A DNA stretch of 64,000 nucleotides from Bugula neritina (Eukaryota; Animalia; Bryozoa): assembly GCA_964035545.1 (NCBI GenBank), contig OZ037773.1:5547751-5611750 (forward strand), in the 5' to 3' direction. Positions 26,071-40,569 of this stretch are shown here, piece by piece. Below the pieces are notes generated by a model. That model was given only the letters and a program-made list of their open reading frames with translations. It ran no database searches and was not told the DNA's origin. Made by a program: the position numbers and the translations under genes. Within the stretch, counting starts at the first letter, position 1, and each line of letters starts with the position of its first letter.

Positions 26071-27388
26071 CAAAGATGCCTACGTTTTGTAGAAGACAAT
26101 GACAATTGCAAGAATGCTATATACACATATTCTATTACCTGTTGAATTGCTTCGTCATCTTTATTACGCCTTTTTAATATATTAATGACAATACAATAAT
26201 CACTTACAGTACTGAATTTTACAGAGCTAGCCATTAAAGTTGTTATACAGTTATTACTTGCATATACGGCAAAAATTAAAAAGCTTTCATGCAAAATTCA
26301 TAAGGATCAGGGAAACAAATTTAAATGTTATTTACATAAGCTGTATGATATAAAAATTGCTCATGACTCATGAAAACCTTCTTCCTTTATGCAAAGGGAT
26401 GATTGGCTTATTGCAACTGTGGGCTTGCAAAAGATCTATGCAATATATTAAAATAATGATATGGTAATATAATTGGATGACATTTATTTGGTAAGTCAAA
26501 GTGTCACGGAAAGTTCAATCCTCACACACCTCCTAACTGAGAAAATTCAGAGTTTGACCTTTCTATACAACAACACCAATTTACATCATGCATACCTAAA
26601 AGCTTGTAAATATAACTGAGCACGTACTTGCATATGCTTGTTTACGTTCAATCATTCCTTCACAATGTCAGAATAATGCTATAACAGCCAAACACAAGCT
26701 GTATGACATGTACTAAACCTTAAATTAGACAATTTTATAGAAGTTATCAAACAACATAAATTAAAGTTTTACCTTGTTTACATGTTAAGTTTGAAAGACT
26801 GACATAGTTAATGTTCAGAATTCAATTAACTGGAAATTATAACTTGACTTTTGCGTTTATTATTGCATGTATTTTGTCAAAACAGTCAAGCAACGAACAA
26901 TGGAATTTTAAATCGAAACTTTTGTTCTTGCGACAAACTTCCCAATTTTATGTGAAGAAGCATCAAATCAGCTGAATAAAGCTTTCAACAATCCAACTAC
27001 ACAGATTCTTAGAAATGTCTCTAAACTTGGAACTTTTACGACGTTTTTTTGTATTTGCATAAATTAATAACAGGCTTACCAAAATAATGAAGTATTTCCA
27101 TGCTATGCATAAACTTTATTGTTCATTTAGACGTGACTGGGTTTTAACATTTATTGCCACAGACCAAATAAATTTGTTTTAACACTGTCATATCTTTTAT
27201 CAATCTGATTAACCAGAATAAATTCTTAATTTTTTATATACTGTTGAATTTATTGGAAGTAGAGCATTATGCTGAGTTACAAGTTTATAGTGAATTTATT
27301 TACCCTGCATTTAAATTTAAATTCTGTTAATCAAATTAAGGAGAGTTGGAGTTTCTTTATTTTTGCCTACAGCTATTATTTTTGATGC

Positions 27389-27596
27389 TTTGAACTCACG
27401 AAAGTTTATAGTCACCATCCCTGTGAGAAACCCCTGATGGAAAGGGTTTCTTGTTAAATCGGGCTAAGGACTTATTCGGATGAGGCACAGGAGTAATTAT
27501 GACTGAATGCTCTTCCTAACATCACCAATGGCTTTTCGTTGGGGTTCGAACCCATGACTTCGTGTTTACTATACGCTCTAACCCTTAGACCACAGC
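27389..27596 (-). mobile_element. tRNA-derived SINE, same family, 10-bp TSD
   Basis: Reverse complement reads gctgtggtctaagggttagagcg...gggttcgaacccc...cattggtgatgttaggaagagcattcagtcataattactcc...ggggtttctcacagggatggtgactataaac; TSD tttttgatgc at 27379-27388 and 27597-27606. Confidence 0.85.
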
Positions 27597-29736
27597 TTTT
27601 TGATGCATTAGCAGAGTAATTATGTCTTAGCATATCTATAAGACAAGTTATAGGTCTATTCTGACAGCTAGAATATTATGCTGGTAATTGAACACTATAG
27701 AAGGATAGTACAAAGATAACCCACTTTTGTTTTCTCTCTTTCGTTTCTCTATAAAATTATACATATAGGTAGTTGCTGCTGCGCCAACCTTCATTTTCTC
27801 ACATGCATTACTTGCCTCCTTCACTCCCACTCATTTACCATATCCACCCTCTCCACCCCCTCAAATATTATTAAGCATACTCTACGATTATTCGAGGAAT
27901 TAATTTAACTGGATATAAACAACGTTTTAAAATACTAATTCAATCATAATTTGTTTTGCCTAAGGTTACCTTCAAGAAAATAAAGCAGTGTTGAAGAGTG
28001 TTGAATAGTATTAAAATTGCAATCAGCATTTTATTATATGCTGTAAGGTTGTCAGCACCCAAAGAAATTATTCTATTGCAGAATTGAATTTTCATATGCA
28101 ATTACATATAACATCATGCTTATATATATATATGCATGTATGTTTAAAACAGACTTATGACAATGGTAAGTAGTACTCAAGTCAATAAATACATATAGCT
28201 CTTTTGCCTTCTCTTTGAAATAAATGTTTGCCGATGCTATCTTTTATTTACAAGAGTTAGAGAATTTAAAATTTGATTTTCTTGGTTGAATTTTGGCATT
28301 AAGCAGTTTTTGACTAGTTCATGATTATGATTAAAGCATTATATGAGTCAATTCTAAATCTAGAGTTACATAAATTCTGTTTCATAATTTGATTTACGTT
28401 GAGGTTATGGAATAGCTGAAGGCAAATTATAAGTCACAATAATTGTATTTTTAAATTCTGGCTATAACCCGAACAAGACAGAGCGAAGATAAGATAGAAT
28501 AATTTTATTTTAATGTAACTTTTTATTTATTTAGTTTTTATAACTAGAACAAGTTGTAAATAAATTGTAATCACACATTTGAATACTATTGCTCCTTCCT
28601 GTACTGTAGAAGACTGTCGAGCTTATATCTGTGTGAAACAAAAAGACTCAAATCAGGCATCAAAATTTATATATATTTTTTATCATTTTTATGGCAAGCT
28701 ATTATAGTAGTAATATTTTACTTATAGTCAGGACTTTATTCGAAACAAAATTTTAGAAAATTAAATGTTATACATGAAAAATTGAGAGTTTTTTGGCATG
28801 TATATAGACTTTAAGAGTTTATATTCTAATGGCATGAAGTGAACTTCCCTTTAATATTATATTATTTTAAAAAATAAATTAAAATATTTTGTAATCAAAA
28901 TATTTTATAGATTATAAGATCTGTGTATACATCATTACTTTATGAGAATCTTTACCTCAAAGAAAAGGTGAAATGCTCGAATACATTCATTGGCACCATA
29001 AAAAATTTAGCATTTTTTATGTTTAGTTTTTTAAGGAAAGTTACACTGCTCCAAATACTTTTAGGTTTAAATGTCAAAATCTGTAACTTTCAAACGAACA
29101 ACGATTAATCATGAGTCATGTTTATGCAACTTTCTAAAAACAAGCTTCAAAATAATTGATTTATTCCAAATTTATAAAGCAATGAAATCTCTCTGAGTCA
29201 TACTACTATAATCTGTGTAATATGATAATGTATAATGGTACATGAGTACTAAATAAGACTATAGTAAAACACTTTCTACTATCTATATAACCATAATATA
29301 TGACATATGATATGTATAATATTAATCTTATAATTATATTATTGTATTGTGATATGATGAATAATAATATGGTAATTAATATAATATAATTTGAGAATAT
29401 ATATTGGAATATTCTTTCAAGTATAAGATAATGTGTAGCATATTTTAAGACTGTAACAAAATGACAATATTATATATGACACAAATTTGATAACATGCAA
29501 TATAACATAAGATATGATAAGCGATGTAATATAATGTAATGTGTAGTGTAGTGTAATAAGTTAATAGAAAAAGGGGCTCATCAGTCTGAGGAGAACGAAA
29601 GAAGAAGAAAAACTCTGACCCCCAAACGGCTATTGCCTTGCAGCAATACACCCAGCCAAAGGAAAGTCTTGGGAAGTAAACACAATCTGGAGTTGTAGCC
29701 CCTAAGGTAGTTTGCTGTTTTTTACAATTTCCCTTA

Positions 29737-30080
29737 GCCTAGGGCCACACGGTGCGTATTTTCGCATGCGAAAATTGAAATCACAAGTAGCAAAGGTGTC
29801 CACTGTGCGCGTTGAGAAAACATTCGCACTTGTCGCTCTGCATTTTCAACGCAAGTGCGAATCGTCTCTGTCGTCGTCACCTAATTGGCTGGTAGTTATT
29901 CAGCAAGCCCAATTTCTTTATTTTAGTGCTACATTCCAGTAAATTGCGTTTTATTGAAAGCGAGTGCGATTTAAAAATGAATGCTTTATTTATCACGCAT
30001 CACTGACGCTACAGTGGACACCTTTGCTACTTGTGATTTCAATTTTCGCATGCGAAAATACGCACCGTGTGGCCCTAGGC
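29737..30080. mobile_element. MITE with 70-bp perfect terminal inverted repeats (PIF/Harbinger-like)
   Basis: 29737-29806 (gcctagggccacacggtgcgtattttcgcatgcgaaaattgaaatcacaagtagcaaaggtgtccactgt) is the exact reverse complement of 30011-30080; flanks tta/tca (imperfect TNA TSD); no transposase ORF. Confidence 0.85.
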
Positions 30081-33000
30081 TCAGCTGGTAGCTTCTGCCA
30101 AACTGTAACAGTCCTGCAGCTGTTCTTTTGTATTTGTCAGCAACAAAGAGAGAGAGGACAAGTTACATAGGCAACAGCTTGCCCTCCATATATCATTGCC
30201 CAGGCATACATTCTCACATGGTCAAACTGACCTACGCAGGACTAATATAGAAATATATGACATAAATATGGCAATATGTAATGTAATATGATAACATTGC
30301 GCCATGGGCCTTGTCATTTTATTTATTTTCCTCAACTGTATGTATTTTTTCCGTCTGCAACAAAATAAAACAAACAAACAAACAAACATGCAGCATAATG
30401 ATATAAAACTAATATAATAATTAATATAGTATGATGCCATGTAATATATCGTATAATATATTGTGTATTGTAATATATATGCTTACTATATTACTTTAGT
30501 GTGCAGAGAGTAAGCTGTGTTATAGGTTCTTTTAGATTGCTAAATATTGTTTTGATATGAAAACCATAATAAAACTTTCCACTTTTATTTTTTTCGGCTG
30601 GTTAATTTGACTACAGCAGTGGGCTGCATGTATGTCTATTGATAATAATAATTATTAGGTACTATAAGGTTTTGTTAAACTTTTAAAATATTGACTCTTT
30701 CAGTATTAACCTGAGCACTTCTCATAATGTAATATAATATAATGCAATATAAGGCAATATGATACATTACAATGTAATGTAATCATCCTATTTATGTAAT
30801 AAAATGGCGGCGCATAATTTCACAAGAGAAGACAACTCTTGACGATATTCAACCGACATATAGCACTATTACTACATTGCAGAGTAAATGCATGTAAATA
30901 GGTTTACCATTTAATATGGCTTGAAATAAAATTCCATGCTAATTTTAGACTAGAGTAAACTTCAGAGGAAAGTGGAGGTGAAGAAAGCCTATTTTGAAAA
31001 GGTGTTAACACCACCTGTAGTGGAGTAACTAAGTTGAAGTTTTATTACGATAATATGTTGCATGAATCACACAAAACACAATAGATTGTATAAGTAGTTT
31101 CACCATTGTGCCAGCTGGTTACAAGGCATGCTATGCTTTTAATGAAAACTGTAAAATGAAAAAAAGCTTTAGCTTAGTCAAAGCATAGAAGTTTGCAAAA
31201 AACGTACAATAATCAGCCGTCCCCTAGATGAAATTATTAACTTCACTTTATATGCATGAATTCTCTACATTTACGAGCATAGCTCAAATTTTTGTTTTGT
31301 GAAATTGAAAGTTAAAGATTTTTTTAAAACTATTTCTACAGTTTCTCAGCAGCATGGCTATTGTAACTTTATCCTAACTTAAACATGTACCTGTATATTC
31401 TAACTTACACATGCTACTTGTGTACTCTAACTTATACACATGCACCTATGTAAAGAAATTATCTCAATAAATGCTAAATTTGCCGTCATTACACACTCAA
31501 GCTAAACTTAGCTTCCTTGACTTCATTACCAAAAGCTGTTGCAACAATTCCACCTTTGGAAAAGTTTTATTTGCATCTAGCAAACTTTTTCCACTTTGTC
31601 CATTGCCCTTTTTCCCTCGATGCCTCAAAGGGCAGAAAATGTGACTTTATACTTCAAAGCTTCCTCAATGATGATGAAATTGAATTATTAACAATAAGAT
31701 GTGCCAGATAGGTTTAATTTAAGGAATGCTTCACCACAAATGTACCTAATATTAGTTCATATCAGCCCACAGTATTCAGATTCTTTCACATCATGTTATC
31801 GATGAAAGGTCATGTTTCCATTACATAATGGCCCAAAATAGCTAATCTTAAGGCATCATAATTATGTCTAGCAATACATAAGGAGTGCAAAGTGTCTGGT
31901 ATCTGAATAAATGCAGGTTTGGATTACAAAAATTGTCCACAGGTGTCAATGGCCAGGTTCTATATTTAGACCTACGTTAGCCCTGCTTTGAATTATCTTG
32001 TTAACATTGTAATCATAAGATTGAATTACCGATTGTGGCGTCATAAATTCCCAGTGTGCAAATGGCTGGATGGATGCAAAGGAATTGGGTGGTGTGAGAA
32101 GTTCAAGAAATGAACTTTTCACCTGTGTAAATCTTTTGCAGGTAGGTATTTACATTTCAATGGGTAGTTGCCAAGAATTTGTGTGAAACAAACGCTGTGC
32201 AAACCAGTTTGACACACTGTCTGTGTCACTGTGTTTAGCTTCGCATAATGTATTTTGCAAGGTGCACACCTTATCTCAGTCTCAAATTAAATTGTGCTGA
32301 AAAGGAAGCTCCTTGTTAACAGTTATTTTTTCTGCTGTGCTCAAAAATAAGTTATTAAATACAACAAACTAGCGCTTGGGCTTGCATTCAAATAAGTTTT
32401 CTCATATAATACAGCAGTTTTTATTGCCATAGTCATGCACTTATCATGACAGTTTACCTTTTTATTTCCCTCTATATATAACACATTATAAGTTTTAAAG
32501 TAACGCTGGCAATGCCTATGCAATGATTAATTATTGCATATAGGAAACCTCCAAATTAGAGAAGTTAGTGTAATGCTTGTATATAATAACACTTTTGACG
32601 TTGCAAGCAATATCTTACAACAAAAAATTTATATAAAATTATTTTTAAAACATTTCGTTTTATGCAAGTCATAGCTATTTTTTACTTGTAATTACTTTGC
32701 AGCTTTGAATTTTATTGCTCTACTCCTTTAGGTTCACATGCTTTACTATTTAGTTTACAATTATTGCAAACCTAAGCCTGTGACCTATGAAAGTGACTCG
32801 ACTAAATACACCCTAATTTTAAGGAAATAGTTTTGAATAAGAAACGCTTTCTGTGATGATAAACGTAAGAGACAGTCTTGCCTACAAATTTTTCTATTGC
32901 TCATAACTTTTAAATTGTTATATAAAAAAACTTAATTAATCTAGCTATTTTGAAACAAAAAAGCTCAACTAAAATTATAATAAGTGAAAATTAGTGCAAA

Positions 33001-36000
33001 AAAATTTTAGTCTTATATTTTAAAACAAGTTAGTGAATAGCTTTAGATTTTAATATGCATTAAATATCAGTACAGGTCCGAAAATTTGAGAAATTAAGAA
33101 TTAAAAAAGAAAGAGTTTTTATATTCATATAGCTTACAACACCATGCACCAATTTCGATTACGTTGAATTTTTTTTTATCCTTTTTCGGAGAAAATCCAC
33201 AACCATTTATTATTCAATTTCAAAAACTAAACTTAGCTTTGCATTAATAAGTTGTGTCTTGTAAAAGCAGGATAAAGATAATATAATATTACGGAACCTA
33301 CAAAGGATGTATTTACTATTTTATAAGCTCAAATAAAATTTATGTGACATAAATATTTAATAGATTCTATATTACAATAAAAATGTTAATTAAATTTTGC
33401 AAATAATATTAATTTTCTTCAATTGTTAAAACCAATTCAATTAATAAAAGCCTTCAGCATTCACAGTAAATCGTCTGCAACTAATTAAACTCAGACTATA
33501 ATTCTACAATGTAAAATATTGTTTAAAGTTAATTGATTTAATTATGACAATTGCTGGTAATTTTCCTTTCATAATAAGACTCTGTCTTGTGTCTCTAATT
33601 TCCACTTAACAGATATCAGTAATTGTTGTATTTTATTGCTTTCTATGCTATAAATGAACATTTCAAATGCTGCTGATGCCATGGTGTATATATGCATGTT
33701 TGGTGATGTCAGATCTTGCTTAATGTCTATTGACCTTCCTGTTCTCGCATGCCAGAGACATGAATCCAACATAAGCAGTAAAAGAGTCACAAAATTTTAC
33801 ACTTATGCCAGCGTCTAGCTGCTTTTTTTTAAATAAATGTTTGTTTACAGTAAGCAACATAAATCATTATATTCATTCTGACGTGAGTAAAGGCTTATAG
33901 TGTAATACGAGACAGTTGAAGAGCTCCTGGACACTTAAACAAGTGCTTGCAGGTGCTGGCAGGTGAAATTGTCGCACTGACCACATATCAGAACCTGGTT
34001 TGACTGGTATTTAAATTAAGAAACTTATCAATCCTCACAGTAGAGGCTATGCTACTATCTCAGTGTTAAGACAGTTATGACGTTTTAGTATTCTGCAAAT
34101 TATTTCCTGCGCAATTCTTAGTGCATAATCAAGCGTAGAAAAGCCAGATGACAGCTAGTAGGTGCAGGTGACTGCAGCAGGCATCTGATTACTAGTATTT
34201 ACAGATTTTTTAAGCCATCATGCTCAACTCTAAGCCTCAACAAAGACTTAACTTCATCATAAGAATTAAGAAATGTCATTAAATTTAGCATAACCCTGCA
34301 AAACTTTCAAAGGGAAAGTTGAGTTTTACATTACTAAAATGGTTCAATGAGATAGCTGGTTTACAATATTGACTCTCCACCAGCTAGCTAAAAATATAAA
34401 AAGCGTAATTATAGGCTGTATAGATAGTTACACTGTATCTACACATCATAGGTAAAGACTAGGTTAGGTTTTTGTTTGCATGACCCTGTTTCATTGACAC
34501 ATAATATGATATAAGATAGCATTGAACATCCTAATCCTATTGTAACACAATGTGCGTGAAAGCATAAATTATGACAATGTTGTACAATTTGTGCAGCCAT
34601 ACAATGTCAATAGAGAAATAAACATACGCTACTTTACTACAACCAGCATTGCTTTGCAGTACTTATCTCAATTCCTATCACATAACCTTTGGTATTAAAT
34701 GTAAAAACAAAGCTCTTCAATATTAGATGAGGAAAAATTTCCAATCAATTACAAATTTATTCATATTGTGACATCATCGTTATGCATAGGGTCTGTTATA
34801 TGCTACATTATATAAAAATAACTTTGAAAATAAAGAATATTTTTATCAGAGTTAAAAGTCTTTCTCCCCCCCTCCCCCTCTACCTTTATCTCCTGTTTTA
34901 CTACCCTCCACCCCTTTTCTTCCCCCTCTATTTTCCTCTTCATTTCTCTTTTTCTCCTTCTTCTCTCTGATAACCCATTCTCATCCTTCCTACTCCTCCT
35001 TACCACCCCTTCATTCATACCTTTTTCCTCTTAAAAATTTCCTTGTTTAGTTCTCACAGAAGTTAGTGTGAAAGTGTAGACTGTGTTTATACAGGCAAGT
35101 TGCCATCTGTGCACTATTAGATCTAAACAATGTTTAGAAGGTCCAATAAGTATAGCAAGGTAGAGCGAGAAAACAGACTTCTCTAATGTTTATACAGCTA
35201 CCTATCTAGCCAGGTTCAGTATGTAAATACACACAGTGAAAACTTCCCAATAAACTGCCCTTGAAATTGCGAAATTCCTTGCCTAGAATAAACTCTCCTG
35301 ATACAACAGATGTTACAAAAGATAAGCTATGTGTCAGCAACGTGACTTGATTTGGCAGCATTCAGCAAAACTTACACACTTGATGCATACTATAACCTAC
35401 ACACCATAAGCATTTAAAGATGGCATACTTCTTGTAATTTCACACCGTGCATTGAATTCAAAGATCTGTTTACAGTTAGCGCAAGGTCAAACCTAAAAAT
35501 GTTCCAAGGGTACTTGGCCATATCGCTATTAACCATGACTGTCTGCTGTAATGCATGTAATTTAAATAAATTGAAGCCAGTGGGACAAACTCAAGTCCTA
35601 AATTATGAACTCTGAACTCACTTCAATCAGCCAATCATTAGCTAGAAAGCTTCAAAGACATTTCAAAGGAGAAATTAGTTTTTTTCATAGATTTGGAACT
35701 TATGGCTGCAATAAACACGTTTTTTTAATATTGATAAAAAATTTATTTAACACCAGCAGTTCTATTTTTGCACTAAGGATAATCAAATTAACTTTGTTCT
35801 TGGAAATTTTTTTAGGACAACCTGACTAAAACAATGACAATATGGAAATCTATAAGAAACAGGTGGAAGAAGATGAATTGTATTAATAGTAACCATTTTC
35901 TGACCAGCCAGTCTTAGCAAAACAGGCTAAAGTTTTGTTATAAAATCACACAACTCACTCACTGATAATTGTGAATATAAGCAACAAAATAAATCATTTA

Positions 36001-39000
36001 ATTACTGTTTTACTATATTACTATACTTTCAAAAAATTGAAAAAAGTTTTTTTATCTTTTCATAAATTTAACCAAGATGCTATAGCTGTTCTTTTAGTCT
36101 CTACGACAAGTACTGAAACTTTCTGTAGAATAATGAAAACAAACCAAAATTTGCTCAAATTGTAGAAAATCTTGATTAGAACTATAAGCAGTCTTTTACT
36201 AGTCAGTATCCACTAGAATCCAAACATCTATATTATTCTTGTATGAAGAGTTAGCAATAGTGATGTATAGCCTTGCAGACAATTATGATCACGTGATCAC
36301 ATGGTCACATGATAATTGAGTCACATAATCACATGATTACATAGGCATATTGTATATTACACAATTACGACATGGTTTGAATCATGAATAGCACATAAAA
36401 GTTGCGAAATACTGCAATAAATAGAAGGATGACACCATTTTGGTAATATAGTCATATAGTAATCAAATGATAAATAAAAAGGTTTAAATTGTTTTTCTTA
36501 AATTTATTTACCCAAAGCTACTTCAGGAGAAGTCCACAAAATTTGCAAAGATTATAAAAAAGTTTTTAGCAACAATGATGCAACAAATCATGTCAAAAAC
36601 TAAGACACTTAGTATAACTGCTCCTATCTACCTAGTAAATATAGAGTATAATATAAAGCTCTTTGCCGTTACTATCTAAATAGTTCGTCATGGAGTAGTA
36701 CAGAAAATATCTATCTTCAACCATAGAATCTACTACAAATTATACTACGAGTTGTCTATATAAAGTACCATCAATATACCCATCTAATACATTAACTCTC
36801 TAATTGTGTTCATTCATATTCTACAGACACTCAAGCTGCTGAAGTTTTCCATAAACTTTACTTCTCTCAACCACCACATCTGCTGTGGGCCATTAGAAAG
36901 TTGCAAGTTCCAGTTTTTGTTAATCGGGAGTAAATCGCTTGATTTAATTAGAGTTGTAGAGAGAAGGCTGACTTTTAATGTGCGCTAAAGAGCTGTCTAA
37001 TGACTAAGTTAATAAAAATGAAAAAAACTTTTAGAATTCTCAACACAAATGAGGTCACATCTTGTTAACAAAACTCACTTTGACCATCCACGACCTGCAT
37101 ACCCTGACTAGCTGCAGTGCTATTGCACCACACGGCTTCTCTGGCTCAACTGCTCTGTGCATGTATTTTTCTATACTTTAGACAGAATGTAATAAAACTA
37201 ACAAAATAAAAATATATTTACTTTATCTTATTGTTATTGAATGTGATTAAAGCTATTCATTTGAATTCAGAAAGCATAACTTTCATGTCATTTGGCCATT
37301 ATATACATGCTTAGCACTTTAGAATTGATACAACTTTTATACTGTGCAGATTTTGTATAAACCCAGAATTACACGAAAACTACATAGTTTACAGTATATG
37401 AGACAATGCAAGCCCGTATAATTTTATCATGTGCAGAATATTAAGTTAGTATAACATAAATTTGATACACAAAACATTTCATAATAGTCAATTTTGGTTT
37501 TGTTTATTGAACATAGAAAATTATATGTTACTAAAATTTAAAATTATATACTAATATAGTGCTGCGGCTGAACAGTGAAACTAAGGTCAGCGCAAATAAC
37601 ATCTATTATGTTGGTTTTATTTTAGTTACAATGTTTGGTGAACCAAAATATATATCATTTCGCTGCATGTCAACCGATATATTTTGTAGCTTAGTGAATG
37701 CAAATTTTATAAATAAAAGTGGTAATAATATAATATAAATATTCAGTGGTCTAATTAGTGGATACTTGAGCGAGCTGTTGGTAATGTGTTGATAGTGTTA
37801 ATAATATATATTTATAGAATCGGTAAAATTGTTTAAATATAAAAAATAAGCACTGATTTGACTGCAAAGGCTTTCTCAGTGGATATCTGGATTACTATAT
37901 ATTTGGCTTATATATGATAAGTTATAGCATTATTAATTTATGAATTATTTTTTAATTGAGAAGTTGTTTTCTTACTTTGAGTTTATTTTCCAACTACACC
38001 AATACGAGAAGGTTTTGGCTTGGTGCTTTTGCTTAACAAGATATTATTTAGCAGGTACATAACTATTTAATTTGCAATTTATTACGCCACTACTTTTAAA
38101 ATATTAATACAGACCAGAAACTTTATTATAAATCAAATATAAAATATATGTTAATATACAGAGTTATAAATAACCATGGTTTGCAACAACTCCATTTGCT
38201 CATCTCTTAAAAAATGTGCAGACGTATAGCTAGCTGCATTATATAAATTTTGTCTTGACTTTTATTTTTCAGAAATAAATATTGATATGGAGTGCAATAA
38301 AAAGAGCATTTTTAAGTTTTATGTGATTAAAATTTTCACTTTTCCAATCTATCATGACAAGTAATAGTATAATGTCCTTCAACTCATAATTTAATAATTA
38401 TTCATTTAAACTCAATTCAATATTCTTATTTTAACTGTTCAAAGCATATAGATTTTACTTGCGGAATTTTTGTAGATTATTTGGGGCCAAGGCATTTAAA
38501 ATGGTTGGCAAAAACATTGGAGCATCTTTCCTTAAATATTTCACAAAAATAGTAACAAAATCTGGTTTTTAAAAAAATATTTTAACAAAAAAGTTTTACA
38601 CTTCAGAAACAGTAGCATTTTTTACAAAAACTCTGAGCCATGAACCACACAAAGCTAAAAATCAATATGGTCGCACATAAAGGCTTTTAAAAGCACTCTA
38701 ATTTGTAAGCTAGAGTTCGAAACTATACAAATAAACCCTCTGTAACAAATTAGTAAAATTATATCTTGATTAGCAAAAATTGTTTTAAAGGGAAGTTTTA
38801 AACTTGGGATCACCATTAGTTATATAAGGAAATAAAAACATTCATCAACTTACATTAATCAAAACTTAGGTATGCGCAGCTACTTCACATGCCATAAAAC
38901 AAATCATTGTAAAAGTCAAGCAAATATATCAAAATCTCTACAAAAACTGCAGAATAATAATATTTAAATGAAATAATTACGTGTAAAAAAGGAAGTGACT

Positions 39001-39238
39001 AGCTTGCAAGTTCCAGGGTAATAGATGAAAAACCTGTTGCCACACTCCAGAGCGCAACTGAAAATGAGTTTATCAAATGATTTATTTAGAAACAATTACA
39101 ATTTGCATAATAAGTGACACAAACATAAACAAGTAAACAAACACTTCTCCCATCAACCAATTTATAATAAGATATTAGCAACAGTGATTCCGTTCCAGGC
39201 TTCAGTGCTTAATCTCCTAGTTGCTGAGATCACGTTAG

Positions 39239-39511
39239 CCAATAACGTTTCCGAATTCCACATATAAGTGTCACGCAGCGGTCTACTCGTGCATTTACTA
39301 GATTTTGAATACGTGACCTTCAGTTAACCCCCAGTCACCTGCAGTCCCACAGTTTGTCAATGAGTAGGAGGCGTGGCTTAGAGTAAAGTCTAGAATGTAT
39401 AAATATAACCAGCCTGCTGGGAATACAGCTATTCATCTACCAAACACAACTAGAAACAAGGTTTCTGCAAGAACTTGAAATCACCAGAATTTGAGATCAC
39501 AAGAATTGCAG
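39239..39511 (+). promoter_or_regulatory. CYP26-like proximal promoter and non-coding exon 1
   Basis: CCAAT 39239-39243; DR5-type element TGACCT-tcagt-TAACCC 39314-39330; GC/KLF box GGAGGCGTGGC 39367-39377; TATAAA 39398-39403; strong donor CAG|gtaaga at 39511/39512 pairing with acceptor ttttgcag at 40560. Confidence 0.65.
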
Positions 39512-40569
39512 GTAAGAAAATAAACAATAAAAGGGTAAACGCTGTCTATGTTCTGGTGACGGATGGTTTGGGGGTCTACACTTGACCCCCAAACTAAATA
39601 ATTGTCAACGAAATATCTGTAATTTGTAAAAATAGCACATCTTCAAGTCTTGGATCTTATTTTTAGATTGAGAAAACTTTTTTAGCTTAATTGATTGCCA
39701 TAAAATTAATTTTTAATCATTCAATGTTATAAAGTTGTATTTGGCTTAGTAATTAATCATAATTTGCAACAAGAGCATGGTAAAAGCTAATATTTTGAAA
39801 TTGAATAAAGTGTAAATATTTTAAAAATAGTATAATTTATATAGAACAATTATAGCAAGGCTGGCTCAGGGCTAGGTGCCTATAGCTAGTCAGAATGCAG
39901 TTAGAAGCAGGGCAGCATTGAGTTGGGGGTGACTGAGTGCAATATCTGTCTACCCATCAGTGTCCGAACTCCAAACTCACGACCCCATCTCTACTACTAC
40001 ACTCAGTGACCACCAATTTTGTGCTGCTTTTAGCTATTTTCAGCTAGTCAGGTCAGCAAGAGCTGTGTTCCATTTAAAGGGTATTGAACCCAGACTCAGA
40101 TAGTTTCAATCGTTTATCAATGAACATCCGGGGCAATGGCTACATCTGGCTGGGTGTTGTGTAATAATTAAGCCCTAGATTTTAAACAGACAAAGACAGT
40201 AACAACTTGCTTTAACATTAGGTATGTAACTGCATTAAAAGAAACTATGGTTAAGAAATCTGCACTCATCACCAGGCTTGTTGCTATAAATAAATTATCT
40301 TTTTCATAACTTATAATATTATGAGTGCAAAACATAATTTATTGTGTATTCTTTTTTATATCTTTTTATTGTAAGTGTAAATCAATCAGGCAGTATTATC
40401 GTGCATTCTATTTAGTTTCTTAATTAAATTTATTCAATGATGAAAGGAAATTACAAGCTTGAAAGGATTGGAGCTATTTTTAGTTCTTTTTGAGAGTTGA
40501 ATATATAGGAGAAGCAGGAAGTTCAAGATTTTTCGATGATACCGTGTTTGGATTTTGCAGGTGCTCATC

